DNA from: Longimicrobiales bacterium
GTDB taxonomy: Bacteria > Gemmatimonadota > Gemmatimonadetes > Longimicrobiales > Gaopeijiaceae
Length of the DNA: 64,000 bases
Assembly: GCA_965202805.1 (NCBI GenBank)
Contig: OZ241869.1
Location: forward strand, 1,984,001 to 2,048,000
Direction of reading: 5' to 3'
The translations under genes were made by a program, and so were the position numbers. How positions within the stretch are numbered: the first letter of the stretch is position 1; every line of letters begins with the position of its first letter. Under the pieces are notes generated by a model. That model searched no databases, was not told the origin of the DNA, and saw only the letters and a program-made list of their open reading frames with translations. Shown piece by piece: positions 59,921-64,000 of this stretch.

Positions 59921-60235
59921 ATGCAGCCCTGGAAGATCAGCGCGGGACTCGCCGCCGCCATCGCCGGTTCGGTCCTGCTCCTCGCAGGAGCACGGCTCGA
60001 CTACCTCGCGCCCCACTGGCCGCTCATCCTCGCCGAACACGGCGTCACGCTCGCGCTGCACCTCGCGCTCGCGCTCGCCGGCCTCGCGGCCGCCATCTAT
60101 GCCGTCGCCCGCACCACGGGGCTCGCCGATCTCGGCCGCCGCGTCGATCTCGCCGAACGGTCCGTCCGGCGCGGCGAGGGGGACGCGGAACTGGCCGAGG
60201 CGCTTCGGAAGGACAAGGAAGGAGACTGGGAGTGA
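59921..60235 (+). CDS. Small membrane protein
   Basis: GGAGG RBS; two hydrophobic segments. Confidence 0.6.
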   Translation: MQPWKISAGLAAAIAGSVLLLAGARLDYLAPHWPLILAEHGVTLALHLALALAGLAAAIYAVARTTGLADLGRRVDLAERSVRRGEGDAELAEALRKDKEGDWE

Positions 60236-60624
60236 CGCGCAACAGCGACCCCGCGTCCGTCCGGAAACTGCCCGCCGCCTGGCGGAGCCGGGCCAAGGCA
60301 TTGCGCCGCTACGGGAGCGAGCCGCCCGCCATCGCCCTCGAACGCTGTGCCGAGGAACTGGACGCCACGATCCGCGACCGGGACGAGACCACGTACTCCC
60401 TCGTCGAGGCTTCGCGGGAGAGCGGATACACCGCCGACCACCTCGGCCGCCTCGTGCGCGACGGCAAGATCCCCAACGCCGGTAGGCCCAACGCGCCCAG
60501 GATCGCGCGCAGGCACCTGCCACGAAAAGCGCCGGCCGAAGCGCCACTTGCGGAACAACCCCTCACGCGCGAGCGTTCAAACGCGCAGATCGTGCAGTCC
60601 ATCATCCAGAGAGGAATGGAATGA
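60232..60624 (+). CDS. Excisionase-like HTH protein
   Basis: YSLVEASRESGYTADHLGRLVRDGKIP; coupled to the integrase. Confidence 0.7.
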   Translation: MTRNSDPASVRKLPAAWRSRAKALRRYGSEPPAIALERCAEELDATIRDRDETTYSLVEASRESGYTADHLGRLVRDGKIPNAGRPNAPRIARRHLPRKAPAEAPLAEQPLTRERSNAQIVQSIIQRGME

Positions 60625-61793
60625 TGGCACGCACGAAACGAGGCCGGCGAGCATACAGCGCCGGCGAATGGGGCCGGAACCGGGTGAGGGTGTTTCCTGA
60701 CGCCAAGACCGGCTTGTACCAGATCGAGTGGCGCGAGAACGGGTGCAGGCTCACCCGGTCGCTGAAACACCGCGACTGGCGGCGCGCGAAGCGGCAGGCG
60801 GATGAGGTCGCCGCAGGCTACGCCGGGCCGGAGCTGAACGGCCGGAAGGAGCCCGAACCCGAGCCGCTCACGCTGGCAACGCTATTTGAAATCTACGGTG
60901 AGGAGGTGACGCCCACGAAGGCGGAGTCGTCGCAGAAGTACGACCGGGCCACGATGCGGATGTTCCTCACGTTCTTCGGAGGGCATCGAAGGCCCGATAC
61001 GCTCTCCCAGAGGGACTGGGACCGGTTCATCCGGGCGCGGCGGTCGGGCAGAGCCGGACGGAGTGGCAGGCCTGTTGGCAACCGGACGATCCAACAGGAC
61101 TTGAAACTGCTGATCGCGATCCTCAACTGGGCCGCGAAGTCGAGGGACGAGGAGGGGACGTTGCTCCTCGATTCCAATCCCCTCCGGGGCCTGAGGACGC
61201 CCACGGAGAAGAACCCGACCCGCGTGGTTGTCACCCAGGCGGAGTACGAGGCATTGCTCAAGGCGTCGGTGTCGATGGACTGGCGGTTCCGCGTGGCGCT
61301 GGTGATCGCGCACGAGACGGGACACCGCATCGGTGCCATCCGCCAGTTGCGGTGGTCCGACATCGACATGGAGTCCAGGATCATCCGGTGGCGCGCCGAG
61401 AACGAGAAGACCGGGTACGAGCACCGGACGCCGGTCACGACCGAGGTGCTTGCCGCCCTGGAGGAGGCGCGGATGCAGAACCCCAGGGGCGGGAACTCTC
61501 CCGTGTTGCCCGCGCCGAAGAACCCCTCGCGGTGCCTGGACCGGTCGCGGGTGCGCGTCTGGTGGGACAAGGCCCAGAAACTCGCGGGGCTGGAGCCCAA
61601 GCGCGGTCGCGGCTGGCACTCGCTAAGGCGGAAGTTCGCGTCCGACCTCATGGATCAACCGCTCAAGGTGCTCTGCCAGCTCGGCGGCTGGAAGACGGCC
61701 CAGACAGTGCTCCAGTGCTACCAGAGGGCCGACGAGGACCAGCTCAGGAAGGCCCTTGAGCACCGGCGGACAGTCCGCTCCTCGCCCAATTAG
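60621..61793 (+). CDS. Tyrosine integrase of the tRNA-Ile ICE
   Basis: TGHRIG (R), ENEKTG (K), WHSLRR (HxxR), GGW, CY; adjacent to att. Confidence 0.92.
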   Translation: MMARTKRGRRAYSAGEWGRNRVRVFPDAKTGLYQIEWRENGCRLTRSLKHRDWRRAKRQADEVAAGYAGPELNGRKEPEPEPLTLATLFEIYGEEVTPTKAESSQKYDRATMRMFLTFFGGHRRPDTLSQRDWDRFIRARRSGRAGRSGRPVGNRTIQQDLKLLIAILNWAAKSRDEEGTLLLDSNPLRGLRTPTEKNPTRVVVTQAEYEALLKASVSMDWRFRVALVIAHETGHRIGAIRQLRWSDIDMESRIIRWRAENEKTGYEHRTPVTTEVLAALEEARMQNPRGGNSPVLPAPKNPSRCLDRSRVRVWWDKAQKLAGLEPKRGRGWHSLRRKFASDLMDQPLKVLCQLGGWKTAQTVLQCYQRADEDQLRKALEHRRTVRSSPN

Positions 61794-61812
61794 CGGGAGT
61801 CAATTAGCTGGA
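61787..61812 (+). repeat. Right-end arm-type sites CAATTAGC(G/T)GGA x2
   Basis: 14-bp period; same core as left-end AATAGCGGGA repeats. Confidence 0.65.
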
Positions 61813-61843
61813 ACTTCCCCTCGCGATCCCGTAAGTTCAACTG

Positions 61844-61917
<74 letters not shown>

Positions 61918-62194
61918 TTGGACTTACGAGGTTTCGGGGGTCCGATGTCCGCGTCCGTCATCGTGCGCGCCGGGCTGAGGCGGAGCCCCTCGCGCCGGAC
62001 TCGCCCAGGTGGTGGCACTCGCCCGCGCGCGGCGCGGACAGGCTCGGGGTCATGGACGAGAGCCCGTTGGTCTCGACGCGCCGCTCCATCCCCATCCCAT
62101 TGGCCACCGCGTCGACACGGCAGGTTCCCTTGACGGACGGGGACCCGCTCGGGCGGGCAACGCGCTTACGGAGATGAAGGGAGCGAGGTAGACG

Positions 62195-62542
62195 ATGAAG
62201 AACAGTTTCGCGATTCAGGAGCTTGGTGTCGCGCTGGCCAGGCTTGACCGCCGTGTTGCCGCCGGGTTCGATCAGCTGAGCGGACGGATCTCCGCATTGG
62301 AATCGAAGCTCGGCACGCGGATCGACGACGTGGAGGCCCACGCGGACAAACGGAGCGTCGAGTTCGGCACCAGGGTCGACATGGTGTCGGCCAAGTTCAA
62401 GCAGGTTCGGTATTCGCTCGACGGGCTGGAGGCACGTCTCGGCAAGAGGGTCGATGGACTGGACACCGAGGTCCGGAAACAACTCGACGCTCTACAAGCC
62501 GCGGTCGACGCGATCGGCGCGCACTTCGTCAGTTCGAAGTAG
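62195..62542 (+). CDS. Hypothetical coiled-coil protein
   Basis: Heptad-like repeats; GAGG RBS. Confidence 0.6.
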   Translation: MKNSFAIQELGVALARLDRRVAAGFDQLSGRISALESKLGTRIDDVEAHADKRSVEFGTRVDMVSAKFKQVRYSLDGLEARLGKRVDGLDTEVRKQLDALQAAVDAIGAHFVSSK

Positions 62543-62662
62543 TCGAGGTCTTCTCCGTCGGCTGACGCCGGCCAGCCGCGCCAACCGCAGCCCCGCGCTT
62601 CCGACCTTCGGCGTGCCAGACACTTGACCTGACCCGGGGGCCGGTGGATCTTCAGGGCGTGT

Positions 62663-62677
62663 TGAGAATGAGTCTCA
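62663..62677. promoter_or_regulatory. Fur-box-like 7-1-7 inverted repeat
   Basis: TGAGAAT-G-AGTCTCA downstream of a TTGACC -35, upstream of HhH and PepSY-TM genes. Confidence 0.6.
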
Positions 62678-62752
62678 TTTCACGCTGGTTGCGGTCAGCG
62701 CGCCGTGTGGGCGCCACACGCAACCAGGCTCACGGCAGGAAACGGAGGAAGC

Positions 62753-63454
62753 ATGTCCCATAGTCACACCGCAACGTTCGCCCTCGTCATGATTCCGCTG
62801 CTATCGGCCGGCTGTGGCGGAGGTGGCGATGCGGCCGAGTCCGAGCCCGCGGCCGCGGAGTCCATGGAGGCCATGGGCGATATGGGTGCCGCCGATGCCA
62901 TGGCTGCCCTCTCCAACCCCAACCTCGCCACTGAAAACGACTTGACCACGGTCCCGGGGATCACCGCGGAGGCCGCCGCGGCGGTTGTCGGCGGACGGCC
63001 CTACCTGCGCGCGGCGGATCTGCACGCGGTGCTGGCAGGGGCGATCGGCGAAGAGGCGGCGCTTGCGGCGTACAGCGCGCTCTGGCTGCCGATCAACCTC
63101 AACGACGTGACGAACGACGAGATCCTGCTGATTCCCGGCGTGGGGGATCGGATGGCGCACGAGTTCGAGGAGTACCGCCCCTACGTGGACATGGGCGAGT
63201 TCCGCATGGAGATCGGCAAATACGTGGACGAGGAAGAGGTGGAGCGGCTCGCACGGTACGTGTACGTCCCCATCGACCTGAACAGCGCCACCCGCGAAGA
63301 GATCATGGCGGTTCCGGGGATGAGCGAACGCATGGCCCACGAGTTCGAGGAGTACCGCCCGTACACCGACCTGGACCAGTTCCGGCGCGAGATCGGGAAG
63401 TACGTGGATGAGAACGAGGTCGCGCGCTTCGAGCGCTACGTGACGCTGAACTGA
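62753..63454 (+). CDS. Lipoprotein with helix-hairpin-helix repeats
   Basis: Lipobox LSAGC; repeated I.LN....EI..(I/V)PG...RMAHEFEEYRPY...F..EIGKYVDE.EV. Confidence 0.8.
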   Translation: MSHSHTATFALVMIPLLSAGCGGGGDAAESEPAAAESMEAMGDMGAADAMAALSNPNLATENDLTTVPGITAEAAAAVVGGRPYLRAADLHAVLAGAIGEEAALAAYSALWLPINLNDVTNDEILLIPGVGDRMAHEFEEYRPYVDMGEFRMEIGKYVDEEEVERLARYVYVPIDLNSATREEIMAVPGMSERMAHEFEEYRPYTDLDQFRREIGKYVDENEVARFERYVTLN

Positions 63455-63527
63455 AGGCACGTCCTCCACGGGCTGCCGGCCGGATGAGGCGGATCGCGGG
63501 CTTCGTCGGCCCGGCGGCGTCGGTGCG

Positions 63528-64000
63528 ATGATCCGGGCGATCATCTTCTGGCTGCACCTCACCGTGGCCGCGGCCGCCGGGCTGGTCATCCTGATGTTGG
63601 CGGCGACGGGCGTGATCCTGTCGCTCGAGGAGACGGTGACGGGGCTCGCGGAGCGAAGATACTTCGTGCCCGCGCCGGAAGGTGCGCAACGGCTGCCTCC
63701 GCAGGAGATCGCGGCCGCGGTGGAGTTCACGGCCACTTCGCTGACCTATCGATCGGACCCGCGCGCGCCAGTGCGCGTCTACGAGGGACAGGACCGGTAC
63801 GCCCGCGTAAATCCCTACACGGGGCAGCTGCTGGCAACGGAATCGGGCGGGCTCGAACGCTTCTTCGAAGACGTCCACAACTGGCACCGCTGGTTCAACG
63901 TCCCGGGAGGCTCGGTGCGACGCGCGCGGGCGGTGACGGGGGCGTTCAATCTGGCCTTCCTCTTTCTGCTGCTGACCGGACCGATCCTGTGGATCCCGCG
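63528..64000 (+). CDS. PepSY-associated TM helix protein (partial)
   Basis: IFWLHL......LVIL..AATG; VNPYTGQLL; WHRWF; LLTG.ILWIP. Confidence 0.85.
   Translation, partial: MIRAIIFWLHLTVAAAAGLVILMLAATGVILSLEETVTGLAERRYFVPAPEGAQRLPPQEIAAAVEFTATSLTYRSDPRAPVRVYEGQDRYARVNPYTGQLLATESGGLERFFEDVHNWHRWFNVPGGSVRRARAVTGAFNLAFLFLLLTGPILWIP

Overview
High-GC bacterial DNA. The DUF5916, PQQ-propeller and PepSY content suggests a Gemmatimonadota-like host, but that is inference. The host flank at 1-17.2 kb holds a leuA-ilvC-ilvD-leuC-leuD-MATE operon (no leuB), an AAA+/DUF4143 ATPase, ychF, PadR, a PQQ-propeller protein and PhzF. The host flank at 61.9-64 kb holds a Fur-box-led HhH lipoprotein and a PepSY-TM gene. 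Between them lies a ~44.6 kb integrative conjugative element (17249-61883) inserted in the anticodon loop of tRNA-Ile(GAT); unusually, the 5' half of the tRNA is duplicated. It carries a VirB/D4 T4SS, ArdC and xis-int, plus three notable cargo features. (i) A Cre-like recombinase gene flanked by two perfect inverted 34-bp loxP-architecture sites, between a divergent hybrid sensor kinase and a ~1900-aa repetitive adhesin: a candidate self-inverting phase switch and the top finding. (ii) A Dcm + MORC/GHKL-His-kinase + REC-(HEPN-like) operon. (iii) Three stacked copies of the element's left-end arm sites separating small cargo genes. A second ~8.7 kb mobilisable element (P4-type integrase, BcgI-like RM, ColE1-type mob, DUF3800 with a putative leader RNA) is nested in-frame inside the virB5/trbJ-like gene. 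All calls come from reading motifs by eye; no searches were run.
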